DNA from: the human T2T-CHM13v2.0 reference genome, Homo sapiens
Reading direction: 5' to 3' (one strand)
Length of the DNA stretch: 64,000 nucleotides
Assembly: GCF_009914755.1 (NCBI RefSeq)
Contig: NC_060933.1
This document shows, in pieces, positions 41,431 to 57,693 of this stretch. The notes beneath the pieces are model-generated. The model was given only the letters and a program-made list of their open reading frames with translations. It had not been told where the DNA came from and searched no databases. The position numbers and the translations under genes are program-made. Within the stretch, counting starts at the first letter, position 1, and each line of letters begins with the position of its first letter.

Positions 41431-42127
41431 TGTTGATATGTCTTCTTGGCTGTGTTATAATTTCCCATATTGTTTTTTAGCTATTATAAACATAGATAGC
41501 TGTCATCCTGTATTGCATTTGTCATTCTTTTCTTATTCCTAGCTTTGATTACAATGGTCTTACACATTTTCTTAGAATCATGTGTTGGAGTCAGAGGCCA
41601 GAGTAGTTTCCCTATATCTGGCCACTGCTTCTTCAGCTTACCGGGAAGAAGACTAAGATTGTTTTCTTTCATAGTCAACTCTTGATGTAAGCCTGCTGGG
41701 TTCAAACTCTCTCTGATATCCTCTTTCCCTTCCCCCTGCCTTTAAAAATTTTGCGTTGTGCGAGCAAGAGAGCTTAAAAGGTGGGTCCTAGCTGGAAGGT
41801 GTAAGGATACACATGACTTTCTACCCGGGAAAGGAATATATAGTCTGTAAATCCCAGGACAAAAAAATCATTGGTAAAATTTAAGTGGTTTCAACATGGC
41901 ATTAATGTATCATTAAAAAAAGGGAATACTTTTGGTTTCTTGTTTAATTGTTATTTATGTGATCTACAAGTGGTGATTCATTTCTGAATGGAAAGAAGTG
42001 TTGCAGTATTGTCTTCTCTGTGAGGATAGAAAATAAAATTCCTTGCTAAATGTTAACATGGGAACATCTTAGAGGTGACCAAGAGCCACAGTCCTGTATT
42101 TTTATGAGAATGCAATCTTAGATTTAC

Positions 42128-42424
42128 TTATTTATTTTTGGCGACAGGGTCTTGCCCTGTCACCCAGGCTGTTGTGCAGTGGCTTGATCTTGGCTCATTG
42201 CAGCCTCCACCTCCTGGGCTCAAGGGATCCTCCCACCTTAGCCTCCTGAGGACCTGGGACCACAGGCATATGCCTCTATACCTGGCTATTTTTTTTTTTA
42301 AAATTATTGACACGGAGTCTCCCTATGTTGCCCAGGCTAGTCTCAAGCTCCTGGGCTCAAGGGATCCCTTCACCTTGGCCTCCCAAAATGCTGAGATTAC
42401 AGGCATGAGCCACTGTGCCTGGCC
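42128..42424 (-). mobile_element. AluJ
   Basis: gacagggtcttgc...ggctcaagggatcc; degenerate TSD aatc(t/c)ta(g/a)attta. Confidence 0.9.
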
Positions 42425-42762
42425 TATAATCCTAAATTTAGATTAGTTGTAAGAACTTTAGAAAACTTGTTAACTGCTGAGCTTATTGCAGGTTTAATAA
42501 GCCTACCCTGCCCTACAGCTTGTATTTTAATACAAAGTGGAAGAAGAATTAATTGACCTCTGGGTAAAATTACTAATAGAATTGATTCCTATTTCTTTTG
42601 ACCTTAAGTTTAAATTTCTTAAAGGACTAGTTCCCCAAGAGGTAAACAACCACAAGATTTCTTCAACATTAAGTGATAAATAATTGTGAACTGTAGGGTT
42701 TTTTTTTTTTGTAGTTTGTTTTTGATAATGGTATTTCTCCACCATTTTTGTTCTATAACTAG

Positions 42763-42871
42763 ATAGCAGAGGGAGAGAACAAAACCTCTAAGAGTTGGCG
42801 CCATCCACTTAGCAGGCCTCCAGCAAGATCTCCGATGACTCTTGTGAAGCAGCAGGCGCCAAGTGATGAAG
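42763..42871 (+). CDS. KDM4C: KDM4C coding exon (probably exon 12, ~aa 560-596)
   Basis: ttttgttctataactag|ATA acceptor and AAG|gtgaga donor. 109 nt, phase 0 to 1. Translates [36 protein letters not shown](E); too short to appear in the ORF track. Confidence 0.96.
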
Positions 42872-43424
42872 GTGAGATGGTGACCCTTTTTGGGATTTTT
42901 TTTTTTTTTTGGTGTGTAAAACAAACTATTGTAAAAAAAATTGCTGAATAGAAAAAAAATTCAACAAGTAGCAAATACGTACTATTAGGAGATCATACAT
43001 AATAAATAATTTACAGGTAAAAGGAATTTGGAACTTAGAGGTAAAGACGTACTTCATATAAGCTAGCCTTATTACTGGTAAAAGTCTTCCAGTTTTATGT
43101 CATGGGGTAAAATCAGTCAGCCTTGACATGTTTTAGGGTTCTACAGAAGAAGCTGAGACTCATTTCTCTAAAGGTGTTAGATTTTAGAGTTAACGTGCTG
43201 TAGGTTTCTTTACATTGTCTTTACTTTTAACTTCAACTCTTTACATTAATTTAACCACCTTCAGTAAAAGTCTATGTGCCATATCCTTTTCCATATCCTT
43301 TTGTAACTGGTGTGGGGTGAAACATCCTTTTTCCTTCACTAGATCGCTGTGATGCAGCTGGATGTAACGCAGTTTCATTTACAATCATTTACCATTCCTA
43401 GATGTAAATTTATCTTTTTCCCCC

Positions 43425-43730
43425 TTTTGTTCTTTTTTCAAGACAGGGCCTTGCTCTGTTATTCATGCTGGAGCGCAGTGGAGGGTGATCACGGCTCACT
43501 GCAGCCTCAACCTCCCAGGCCTAAGTGATCCTCCTACCTCAGCCTCCCAAGCAGCTGGGACCACAAGCATGCACCATCATGCTTGGTTAATTTAAAAAAA
43601 AAATTTTTTTTTGTAGAGATGGGTTTTGCTATTGCCCAGGCTAGTCTTGAACTCCTGAGCTCAAGCATTTCTCCTGCCTCAGCCCCGCAAAGTGCTGAGA
43701 TTATAAGCATTAGCCACTGCATGCCTGGTT
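43425..43730 (-). mobile_element. AluJ
   Basis: agacagggccttgctctg...gatcacggctcactgcagcctcaacc. Confidence 0.9.
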
Positions 43731-44098
43731 ACCCTTCTTACCTTTCTTTTATAAAAAAGAAATTTTTGTTGCCTCAAATTAAAAATCAGATCCCTGACTC
43801 GTAAGTGTCTTGTATATGTCTCTTAGCATCATGAAGGCCTTATTTTTTCTGTGTTTAGAGGATTAATTCAGGCAGGTTTTCTGTTAAGAGTCCTTCTCTG
43901 AAGTATTCTCCAGTTTTACTTATGGAAATTATTACCTAAGGTCATGTGTCTGTGAGAATACTGTTAAGTGAGTAACAAGAAGCTCAAGTTTCTTGTTTAA
44001 ATAAATTTATCAGAGTAGGTAGATATCTTTCACAGATTTTTTCCCCCTTTCACTCACTTTTCACTTATGTCCCATGTTTAGTTAGAAAACAAGATCAT

Positions 44099-44229
44099 GG
44101 CAGGGCATAGTGGCTGACTCCTGCAGTCCCAGCTGCTTGGGAAGCAGAGGTGGGAGCATTGCTTGAGCTCAGGAGTTTAAGACCAGCCTGGGCAACTTGG
44201 GGAGACCCTGTATCATAAAAAAGTAAAAA
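44099..44229 (+). mobile_element. FLAM/Alu monomer
   Basis: ggcagggcatagtggctg...gaccagcctgggcaac; TSD aa(g/t)atcatg. Confidence 0.82.
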
Positions 44230-46306
44230 TATCATGAATGTAGGGATTAGGGATCATAGTAGTTTGTATGAAACCAATCCAGGGTTGAATTCTGATTCAA
44301 GTAATAGAAGTAATGAAACATATTTGCATTGATTTCCATATATCATAATGTTGAGTTCTTTTTCTTTTTTTTTTTTGCTACTTTATTATACCCAGTACAA
44401 ACCATTTTCCCTTTAGTGTTAAGACATATGACAATTCTGTGTAAAGTAATTAATACTTAATGTACAATGCTCATGATTGTAATTTCCCTTTCCCATGGTA
44501 GACTCTCTTCAGTATAACTTTTGTGAAGGGAATAGGCTATGCTAAGGCTGTACCAACACATAGAGAAAGCTGCTTTCTCCTGTGTCCTTATTTGCCTAGG
44601 AAGTTTATTTTGATGTGGGCCATCATAAATTGGCCCAGAGTTTCTTTTTGGAAAGCAGTTCTGATTTCAGTTTGTATAGCTTGCAAGATTTATAAATGGA
44701 TTGGTTTGATGAAGTCGTCTCAAGGGTTTGAGGTTACATATTTTGTAGAAACGATGATTGTAGCTTTTGCAACAGTCTTTCTTTCCTTTCTAATATGTTA
44801 AGGACCCCTGGTGACCTCTGGGGATTTTTCAGAATTGATTAGAAAAATCAGAGAAGTTTTGTGATGGCTTAAAGTTTTTACAAGCTTTCAAACTGGCAAC
44901 AGAGAATATTCTGTTGCCCGAAGTAAATTATTTACATCATTGGGAACTTGAATGTTACCTTAGCCATTTGCCTCTGTGTCTATGTTGCTTGCAAAGTTGA
45001 AAGTGAATAAACATTATCATTGTTAGATTGTGATGTGCAGTGAGTGTTTTACTCACTGGGAGCATACAATTCCAAATCCAACTCCTTTGGGGGATTTTCT
45101 GTCCTAACTATTCTGCTCCTTTTGCACTCCTCATACGTAGGAGCATAACTATATTAGAGCATAGGAGAATTGCATCTTTAAACAACAAACAGTGTCTTCT
45201 ATTGGTGAACGAGCATTTCTCTATTGAAGCTGGAAAGTTTCTCCCTAACAGAAAGGCTGCACAGGGGAAAGTGACTTGGTCCAGGACCTCTGGGAGCTGC
45301 TATGCCACTGGCAGCTGAGAGATGAGCCACTTGTACGTTGCTATTCTCTTTAGGACAGTGCGGTGGCTCTTTGATACCCAAATAACCTGAAACACCATAG
45401 ATCATTCTGACTGGTGGCACATCCTGTAATTACAGGATCAGGAAGGACTTCGTGACTCCTAGCCTGTTATTTTCCGGGAAAAGATTTTCCATGTTGAACA
45501 GCAAAACATGAAAGTTGGTGGTGGTGGAGAAGAGGGGGCTATGTAATAAAAGAATAATGATTAGAATGTATCTTTACATAAAAATTAGCATCTAACTTAT
45601 TCTTTTTTGGTGAAAAATAATGTTAAATATATACTACATGTTTATATTTTATAACTTAAATGAAAATACTAAACTGCCTCTTTTTTTCTTTTAACTGAAA
45701 TGTTTTTCAGTTGCATGTTTTTCTAAGGTTAGGCAGCTGGATAAGGTGACTGAAACTTCAATTAAAATTCTTTTTATTGTCCAGTTGTTTAAAAATTATG
45801 CAAATGTTGTGTTGAAACCTAGACTGATAAGCAAAGCTGTTTGGATTGTTTTATTCTCGAAGCATCCAGGATATGTACGTATTCTTCTGTTGCCATTTGT
45901 TGATATTATTGGCATATTCCTGCTCTTTCCTGAGTTCACTGTCCATAGAGAAGGAGGATGTGTATGAAGTGCATGGGTGAACTATGCATGCTCTGGTGCA
46001 CCCGTGCACTTAGGGGAGAGGGCAATGCTCTGTCTCTGGCCATGGAACGTACTAGATGTGATGAACCCACTGAAGGGCGGCCAGCTTAGAAATCTGCGGC
46101 AGTATTTCTTTCTTTCTTTGTTTTTGGTTGGTGAGGATGCCTGCTCAGAAGCTCTCAGGTTTCCTGGAATTGTAAAATGCTTCAGTACAGGTTAAATGCT
46201 CAATTTCTTTGTGTGGCTTTGAAACCAGTTGTCATTCAATGCTACCTGCTCTCTCTAGCTTCATTTCCCTTAACTTTGCGACGTGAGTCTTCCTTTCTGT
46301 TCAGAC

Positions 46307-46636
46307 CATCATTCCCCTACCTTTTAGCACCAGGCACTGGTTTTGTAGAAGACAGTTTTTCCATGGATGGGGCAGGGGTATAGGGGTGGGGATGGTTTTG
46401 GGATAAAGCTGTTCCACCTCGGATCATCAGGCATTAGATTATCATAGGGAGTGTGCAACCTAGATCCCTTACATGCATGGTTCACAATAGGATTTGTGTT
46501 CCTATGAGAGTATAATGCCACTGCTGATCTGACAGGAGGTGGAGCTTAGGCTTCTGCTCACCCCTTGCTGTGTGGCCTGTTTACTAACAGGCCACGGACT
46601 GGTACTATTCTATATCCTGGGAGTTGGGGACCCCTG
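46307..46636 (-). mobile_element. MER1B (hAT-Charlie) MITE, full length
   Basis: Terminal ...gttggggacccctg and internal atcatcaggcattagatt...caacctagatccc. 8-bp TSD gttcagac / atttagac. Confidence 0.88.
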
Positions 46637-47940
46637 ATTTAGACAACTTCTCCTTACCCTCCCCCTGCTGCTTTTCTTCCATGTATTTGCCCAGGCTGTT
46701 ACATTATGTGTGGCACTCTTTTCCTTCTTGGAATGTTTCAATCCCTTGTCACCACTCACCTCTCCTCTTCCACCTCTACCGCCCATAGACTCCATATGTG
46801 CTTGGTTCTCTTGCACCACTGATCACCTTACACTGTGGTTTGTTATTTGTCTGTCCGTGTATCTGTCTCCCCACTCTCATTCCTCTCCTTTGCTTCCCCT
46901 ATCATGCTTTTGGTAGTGAACATTTCCCTGCAATCATGGTAGCTTAAATCACTTATGGATTCAAGAGTGGGAATGCCCTGGATAAGGCAATCAGTAATAC
47001 TTGAAATCAGCCATTAAAAAGTTAAGTACTTCAACGTGTTACATACTGTCATATTAAAAGAAAAATGTAAATCCTTGTCCAGGAAATAGTCTCCCTATAT
47101 ATGTGTATAGAAAAACATGTTGTTTTAATTACCAATATAAATGTGATAAATTATATATTTAATATGTCAGCTCTTTCAGTTTTGTATCTTGACAGAATTG
47201 AAAATCTCTCTACCACTGTGCCAACTTCTAGAATTACCTCAAAGTTAAAATGCAGCTGACCCATTGTAGATGCGGCTGGTGCCTTGGAGTTTGAGGGCTT
47301 TTGGAGCTGTGACATTACGTTGGGTCAGTAAGTGACTCCTTTTTAAGGACTAGCTTATTTAGGGCTATGGTGGTTGTACAGGCTACGGTGGTCCTGAGAG
47401 TGGTTTTTTTTTCCCCACCCACAACAAAGGAATGATGCATACTGTTGTCTTCAGCACATTAATTAGAGAATGGGTTTTTTCCTAGGATTTTTTTTTTTTT
47501 TTGGATTGCTGAGAAAGGAGTGTTGTGTGAGGAAGAAAAGAAGAAAGATCAAGACTAAGTCAGTTCAGGAGAAGTCACTAGTGAACTTAAATTTCCTGAT
47601 CTTTGCAGTTTGTATTTCTGTTGCTTTATAAAACCATTCTTTGAAACATAAATGTGTGTACATACACCTGTATGGACACACACAGACACACAGGCACAGA
47701 CACACACACACACACAATGTGGTATTTCCACACAGAGAATAGTTGCCATGGAGATGAAAGCCTACCTTGAATAAGGTAAATGTCTCATAAAAGGGAATTG
47801 TTCAAGGGAAGCATGGTCATGGTGTAGCAATTCACTGAAACATTATGCAGCTATATAGAATGTTTTCAAAGTATCATCTTTAGCACTCTTGGGATAATGC
47901 CTCCAATATAAGGTTAAGTGGTAAAATACAGTTCAGCTAG

Positions 47941-48314
<374 letters not shown>

Positions 48315-48329
48315 CTGCAGGTTTTAAGT

Positions 48330-48475
48330 TTTAAAAATATATTTAGGGGGTACAAGTTCAGATTTATTACATGGATATACTGCATAGTGGTGAAGTCTGG
48401 ACTTTAGTCTAACCATCACCTGAATAGTGTACATTGTACCCATGAGGTAATTAATTTCTCATCCCTCACCCACTT
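48330..48475 (-). mobile_element. L1PB-like 3' end fragment
   Basis: ggggtacaag...catggatatactgcatagtggtgaagtctgg...cattgtaccc. Confidence 0.7.
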
Positions 48476-50826
48476 TGGTATCTCTGTTTGTTGCCTTGCT
48501 GCCCATTTTGATGTCATTCACACTCACAAATGTTTTAAGCCATGGCAAGCTTCTTCTCACTAGCATTCTTATCAGCAGCACTTTAATCGTGCTGACGCCA
48601 ACTCCAGAACTTCCCTTGAAGTGACGTTGGGCTAATAATCATCCTGCATTGACATCAGTATCTGAACATGTGCTTTATCACACCCCCTTCCCCCTTCTTC
48701 TGGCCTCATGGTGCATTGTTTGTTCTTTGAAGCTTTCATCCTGCACATGTGTGCATTTGTTTCCCAACATTTCTTATTTTACTATATTGTTTTCAATTAA
48801 AAATGGAAAAATTGTTTTCAATAAAAAATTTCCAGCTTTTCCTACTGTTACTTCTAGTCTGCTCACTGCTTTTGTGCTTATTGTGCTTCCAATCCCCTTG
48901 GTTAAGAGATGAGGTTAATGATGTTTCTAATGCAATTGTAAACTAAGGACAAGCCGTGCTAGTGTACAGAGGACGTCGTGAGCATGGCATTTGCTGACAC
49001 AGTGATACTCCTCTGCTCAGCGATTCCCACCATGTGCTAGTGGTGAGTATAGCTAACATACTTGTGCTGACAGTGAAGTTTTGTTGGAGTCTGTGAAAGT
49101 TAACTGGAAATTTATAAGAAAATTGCAAGACTGTTATTAGGTGATTTTAGTTTTCTTTTTTATGCTGATAATTTTTCATATTTTCTGTGACAAACATTTC
49201 TTTTATATTTGGCCAAACAAGTGTTTTTTACAGAGTGTCAATATGATGGAGTGGGTTATCTGATAATACCCTAGGTATAAAACAACTAGAAATAATGGCT
49301 AATATAAAATAAACAACTTTTATACTTGCATAGAGAGGCAAAAATAGCACAAAGGATAATATCTCTCCATGCCTACAAATGAGGGTCAGTCGGCTCCAGC
49401 ACTCTACTGTGTGATGCCTCGGTGCCTGCGTTTACAAAGTAGTGATGGTAGCAGCACCTGCCGCATGGAGGAATTGTTTTGAGGGTTAAAAAAGTGTTTG
49501 GCACATAATGACTGTTTGTTGTTGCTGTTGTAAGGAGAGGGGGAAAGTGACAGCTGATTGGTAAGGGGGAGCCAAGTTGTGGCCGTTGAGGAGAAATTTT
49601 CCAGGACCAGAATGGGCGCAGAGCGATCAGAACTAGGAAACTAAAGGGCCCCTCAGACATGCGGAGCTGGAGCCTTAAAAGCCTACACCTTTACTTAAGT
49701 GCACACTTGAGAAAAAGAAAAAGTGGAAAACAAAATCCAGAAACAAACAAAAACAAGAGAGCTTGCTTGCCTGAAACTTAGGCTTGGATGGTGAAGGGCA
49801 ATATGATAGAAGAGAAAGTTATTCTAAGAATTCCTACCCATGTGGTCAAGTTTATACCTCTTCTTCTAAGTGAGAAATTTAAAATGCAACTTAGGCTGGC
49901 GATTCATGCCTCTGGGGCATCTGGCACAAGCAGTTGCAAAATCTTTGAACACCCACTGAATAAAAGTCTGGTTGACTAACAGTCAATAGATTTTGGAGTC
50001 TTGACTTTGTGCTTTATATGTTTTTTGACTTTGGGTAAGCCCTCTCTCTGGCCTCTTTCCTCCTGTGTAAAATGTGAGGCTTGGTCATGAATGATAAGTG
50101 TTCCTAACCTGTAAGTTCATATATGGATTTTGGGCATTTTGAATCCCCTGAAATAGCATGTGGTGACAGGTTGAAGGCTGCTTTTCCAAAGAGCTGATTG
50201 CCATTAATCTAAACTTTTACTTATAACTCTTCAACTATAATTTTATGTTTTCTAGAATAATCAACACAGAAAGTTGGAAAGATGCAGATAACCAAGTGTA
50301 CTGTGTTTAGTCAAGTGCAGAGGCAGCCTCATCTGTTAATACAAGTTTGGATATTGGCAATATTCAGATTAAAGCCCTGGTTTTGGGTCTGATTTTCTCT
50401 AATCTGAATTTTCCAAATAACTTTTCATCAGTCATCAGTTCAGCAAGTGCACTACTGTAATGAGCTGTTAAGCATCTTTTTGAAATTAAAGACAGCTTAC
50501 ACCCTGATCCCTATCTCTGTAATGTCTGCATGCCTTGAGGATTAGATTAAGAGTGTATTTCAGGCAATGTTACAGTAATTTATTTCTTGGGAAGTCTGTA
50601 TATATATAATATTTTATTCAGTAATGGATTGAGTGTTTAAATATACAGACAGAAGAGGTGGAATTGGAGATCTTTCTTGGTGTTTAACCATCATTTAACT
50701 CATCTAACCCAGGTTTTCTGTTGTTTTGAAGAATAAAATGTATACATTTATTCACTTTTAAGTAAGTGAAATCTCAGGAAGTCCCGTTTGACTAAATTTG
50801 ATTACTTCCTTAAATGGTTTTCTCTA

Positions 50827-51195
<369 letters not shown>

Positions 51196-53932
51196 TTATA
51201 ACAATTGAATACTAAAGTGGTCCTATGTGTGTTTTCCCAGGACTAGAGCTGCCCACTGATTGCACTTCATTCTAGGTTGTTTTTTTTTCTGGCATCGCCT
51301 GGGATTTCCCGTGGTATTTTCTGAGTACTTCACCCCGTGTCTTGTAGTCATTGTCCTGCTGGTACTTTTACTACACAAGCTGGCTCTTAGACACTTTGCA
51401 ATTGTCCCTCAAACAAAAGGACATTACTTAGAAGTGGAATTTAGAAATAGAACTAGAAATCAAAGAGTTAGAATTTAGAATTGGCTGTTGCCCTTTACCT
51501 TTTGTAGATAGGTGTTTGGGGAAAATTATGCCCTCCTGCTCCTGGCAAGCTGTTACTCTCTGTTTTAACTGTATTGATGTAGATTTGCCAGTCTTAATTT
51601 TGTGTCTCTTATTTTAAGGATTTATTAAGTGAATATGTTGACCAAATATAATGATGATGTCTTTTTGATTCAGAAATTACAAATTTTTTAAAGTATTAAA
51701 TATAAATGTTATTTTAAATATTAAAAACAATCTTTTGTTTTCCAGATGCTACTGGGTACATGACTGTCTGCTTTAGGGTAGGCAGGCTGCGACTTGGCTT
51801 AGCGAATAGGTACATCTCCCATTGAAAGTCTTTCCCCTGCGTAAAAAGTTCTTTTCCCTGCCAGTTTTGAAAAATAAATGCTGTTTGATGGCTGCTGCAT
51901 GTCATGCTCCAAATGTTATTAATTTTTACATAATGATCTCTTTGTTCCATCAATTCTTTTTAGCTTGAGGTATTACTATACTTTCATAATAAGCACATTT
52001 ATAGTTCTGTCTGTTTAAGCAATAAAACAGCAAATTCAGCAGATTACTAAGTAGATTGGCTTGGAATGTTTGTTGATAGGTCACAGCCAGTGTTTTCCTG
52101 CGTTATGTGGACACAAAACATTAGATGTTGTTGGCATTCAGATAAAATGGATATTTTATCTAGTGCTTAAGGTTTGTAATAATAATTTGGTGTTCTCAGT
52201 TTAGCCTTATTTCTGTCAGTAAATTCCACTGGAAGTCCCAGTGGCGTTGATTTTTACTGTAGTATGGTGAATAAAAAAATCAAAACCACCTCACTTTTAT
52301 TATGCTAGTGGCTTGGTCAGGTTTTGATTAAATTAGAGACAAAAATGCTGGCTTTATAATTTATGTGATGCTGTTGCTTTCTGTATTTCTTACTTTCAAT
52401 TTTGAAACTTTTCTAAACAATGATTAGCATGAAATCTTATGATCAGGATTCTGAATGTGCTAAAAGCATGGAGATTGTAAGATGATAAGAAAGAGTTTGA
52501 GTCTTTGGGTTCATGTATGCCTTGTTATTTTTTTAAAATTAACTTATAAATAAATTCAACCATAACCTTGTTACTCTTAAAGTCCTGTAGAAAACTACCC
52601 AGGAACAGATTTTGATAGCACAGTTTCATGGTGCATTCAATTCTTTAGAAAAATAATGATTGTATTAGGTTATAATATATATGAAATTGTCAATATTTGA
52701 AATTTTTTTTACTCTATGAAAACTGCAATTTCATACAACTCAAGTGTGTTACTTTACATTTTTTTCAACCTGAACGCCAGTTTCTTTTTCTTGGAGACAG
52801 AATGTCTTAGCCTTATAGACCACCGAATTAGCACATATTTTGGTACACTTTGTTTTCATTGTTACTTTCACCTTTTCTTTGGTTGTAAAATTAGCTCTGA
52901 AGATGTAGAATCAGCATGGAAAGTTTATGTATATTTTAAATTTTAATATTGTGGTGACTTTATGTCTTCATATTCTTTGTTTTGCCGCTGGCCAATGAAA
53001 ACTTAGTCCTGGCTGGCAACATTCTACAGGTTGGCATTTGTGCACGTTGGTCATGGAAGTTAAGTAACATGTCCAAGACTTCCAGCTAGTGAATGGTTAG
53101 AAGGTGGCTCTCTTTATCAGCATTTTAATTTTCATAGAGTTGTTTTAGTCCTTTTCCCTTTTGGAGGTGTTAGGTTCCCAGGCTTCAGAGAAATGGTGAG
53201 ATGAGTATATCTTTATACCTGTCAAGTGAACCTATAAATTCTGGATTGATATTCCATTGTTTTAGTGTTTATGTTCTTTGTTTTGTTTTACAGAGATTTT
53301 TGTTGTGCTTTAAAAACTAGAAACTTAAGGAGGAATGATTGGGTATGATATGTATATGTGTTTGAGTGTTACATAAATATTTCCATAGTTGTTGATGAAG
53401 TCTTTTCTTGAGGAGTAAACTTGATAATGCCTTCAAGTGAGTGAACCATGGATCTGGGTTAAGAATCTTCTTGGGGACCCCCAGGAGAAGATTGAATCTT
53501 TCATGAGGTAGAGCTGACAGGACCATGTAATGTATTTTGAAGGGAAATGAGAGGAAGAAGATGTATAGCCTTGTTCTCTCCTTATTTCTGTATGCTCCCC
53601 TGAATAGTCCATGTCTTTATCTTCCTTAGTTGGTGTGATGGCCACCCTACTTGAAGTTCTCTCCCTAGCAGCTGTTTTGTGTGATCTGCCACGTGATAAC
53701 TCCTATTAGTTGTTGGGTCAAAATATCTGTGATTCCTGCTGTCATTTACATAGATGACCAAAGCTGACATTTTTTTTTTTTTGGTATGGGGAGCTTCTTT
53801 TTCATGTAGATTGCATCATGCTAGTGTTAATAGTTTCTTGCTTGGAGATCTTGTTTTGCCATCTTTTGACTTTGTATTGTATATGCTGTTAATGAAATAG
53901 CTTATGAATCTGGAGGTTTTTCCCATGAGTGG

Positions 53933-54230
53933 TTTTTGTTTGTTTGTTTGAGACAGAGTCTTACTCTGTTGCCTACACTGGTGTGCAGTGGCACAATCTT
54001 GGCTCACTGCAGCATCCGCCTCCTGGGTTCAAGTGATTCTCCTGCCTTAGCCTCCCGAGTATCTAGGACTACAGGCACGTACCACCACACCAGGCTAGTT
54101 TTTCTATTTTTAGTAGAGACAGGGTTTCTCCATGTTGGCCAGGCTGGTCTCGAACTCCTGGCCTCAAGTGATCCTCCTGCCTTGGCCTCCCAAAATGCTG
54201 GGATTACAGGCATGAGCCACCGCACTTGCC
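53933..54230 (-). mobile_element. AluS
   Basis: Full dimer; TSD tcccatg(a/g)gt(g/a)gtttt. Confidence 0.92.
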
Positions 54231-54349
54231 TCCCATGGGTAGTTTTGAACTCCATAAAGGGAAAGGGCTGTTGCTTTTAATTTCTTATTTCCAGAATCTT
54301 TTATATTACCTAGCATATGGTGAATTTCATATGCTTAGTACCTATCTTT

Positions 54350-54540
54350 GTTTTTTAATTGTAAATTGACAATTTATAATTGTATAAATTTATGGGGTAC
54401 AAAATGGTGTTACGTTTTATTAGTACAATGTGGAATAAGTTAGTTGACTTATGTGTCACCTTAAATACATAATATTTTGTGGTGAGAACATGAGACTTTT
54501 ACTGTGTTAGCAATTTTAAAATGTATTAATACTATTATTT
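54350..54540 (-). mobile_element. L1MA-type 3' end fragment
   Basis: aattgacaatttataattgtataaatttatggggtacaa...tttgtggtgagaaca. Confidence 0.65.
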
Positions 54541-54914
54541 CTCTTCAGATCATGTGGCTCTTTCTCCTTTTTCACCTATCTTTGATTTGATGCTCAGAAT
54601 ATGTTCCTTCTGGTGCCATGTTGACAGCTAAGTTTCCCAAGGATATGCCAGCTTTCTTTAGGAGTTTTCTTCTTCTCATTCCTACCATGATGTGAGAATT
54701 GACTGAGCTGGTTTCCTCCTATTTGTTGTACACATTACTAGTAACCATTACTTATAATTATTTTAGATGATGCTAGCATCATTTTTACTGGTAAGGCAAT
54801 CGAAGCTCATAGACATGAATTCACTTGTCCTAGATCACAAAGCTAGTAAGTGGTAGATAACAGGCTTTAAATACTGTCTGTTCAATTCCAAAGTTTACAC
54901 TCTACACTCTTGTG

Positions 54915-55204
<290 letters not shown>

Positions 55205-56914
55205 TACTCTTTCAACACTAACAACCTCCCAAAATAGCTAGAATACTGGTAAAAGAAGTTGAAGTGGACACATATAAATGTCTGATTATAGCCAGATACC
55301 TTTGTTAATAGTGTAGATAAACTTCCCAGCATTCCTTGTTTTTGTTCATGCGTGTTATAAAATATATATAAAATATGAGCTAATGTTCTGTAAGAAACTT
55401 CAGCCACGCTGGTAATGCCATAGTTCCTGGTGAAACCCATCTCCTCAGAGGTAGCATAATTATCATGGGTGTTTTTTTTTTTTTTGGTAATAGGAATTTT
55501 GAAGTTGTGTCCTTTGGAATGTTTCTTATTTAAAGTGTATATAGAGTCATTTGGAATGTATCCTTCTGAAATACTTTTGTATCAGTGTTATTGAGAGGTG
55601 ATACATAAAGAACAAAACTATATACATCCATTTAATTTCTTAAGTGCTTTAGACTTTAAACTGTAGAATTCTCTGCTATCCATTATTACATTAGCATTTT
55701 GGGGGAACTGTAATGCAGAATTTGATTTTTCCTCAATGTCATCACTTCTTAGTAAAATCATACCTAAAGTCCTGTAATTTTTTTCTCTTTTGTACTTTTG
55801 AACACAGCTTTATAAATGTTTGAAGGTCAGCATTTCAAAAAAATCACTTAAATATAGTTTCATACATTATTCAGTACAGAAATTATAAAGTTCCCAAGTT
55901 TGAATCTTTGCCTTTTTGAGTATCTCACTTCTGCACTTATCCCACCCCACTACACCCCCCATTCCCTGCAGGATGTTTGAAACCATATATAAATGCCTCC
56001 CAGGACTGAGATTTTGCTCAAGTACCTGAAACGTAACAGATGCTGCTGTGCTTTTCATAGTAGAGAATGGTGCTGTACCAGCCAAAACACCTCACTGGAG
56101 CATCACCCCAAGCAGCAGAATGAGTGTGATGACTGGCAAAGGGAAATTATACTGTAGTGGAGCTGATAGCTTTTCTCATCTGCTGAGTTCCATCCACAAG
56201 TCCTGGCAGCAGCCCTTTCACAAATGGCCTGAATAATTTTCCTTAGGGACGTCACTTACATGTAACAAAATTTGTTCAAAGATACTGTCCTGAGTGAGTG
56301 AACGAATCTGGCAAAAATCTGTTCTTAAGGCAAGGTTTCCCCCAGTTCATAGTTCTCACCTAATATTATTTTGACAGCAGTTTTTAAAAAACTTTTAAGA
56401 TGACATATTTTTATAACTATGAAAACTTAAAAAGCCTCTTTATTCCAGACATTTAACCTTTTAAATAGAATTGGCAATGTTCCCTATACATGGTTTTGTG
56501 CTCCCATTTTTTATTGATTATATTATATTCAACTAATATGTTGTGTAATATATATAGTCATACTGTATATTTCATTAATCCTCAAAAGCATTTCTTCTAA
56601 TGTATGCATTATATAGCTATGCCATAATTTATTTGCATATTTTAAAAAAGATTCTTTTAGATACTTTTGTAAAAGACATTAATTTCTTTATTACCATCAA
56701 TTATATTCAATGATGTTTTTGAGTGAATGGGAGAATAAAGGCTTTTATTTTCCCTACAAGGCTAAACCTTTTGATGGAAATACTTATATATAGGAGATAA
56801 CTTGGCGTCTGTCTAGATTGGCTCTGTTCTAATCTGTGTTGTCATCTTAAACACATTACAGTGTTTAAGCATACATTTACAGCATACATTTTCAGAAATT
56901 TTCTGGATGGCTGC

Positions 56915-57693
<779 letters not shown>

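Noticed and set aside
42760-42771. Tandem AGs at the exon-12 acceptor (TAG ATAG CAG)
   Set aside because: The +4 and +7 alternatives frameshift, and the first AG fits the known protein; no sign of regulation.
55311-55345. ~30-nt resemblance to LTR22 segment 57515-57545
   Set aside because: Short, gapped and AT-rich; compatible with chance.
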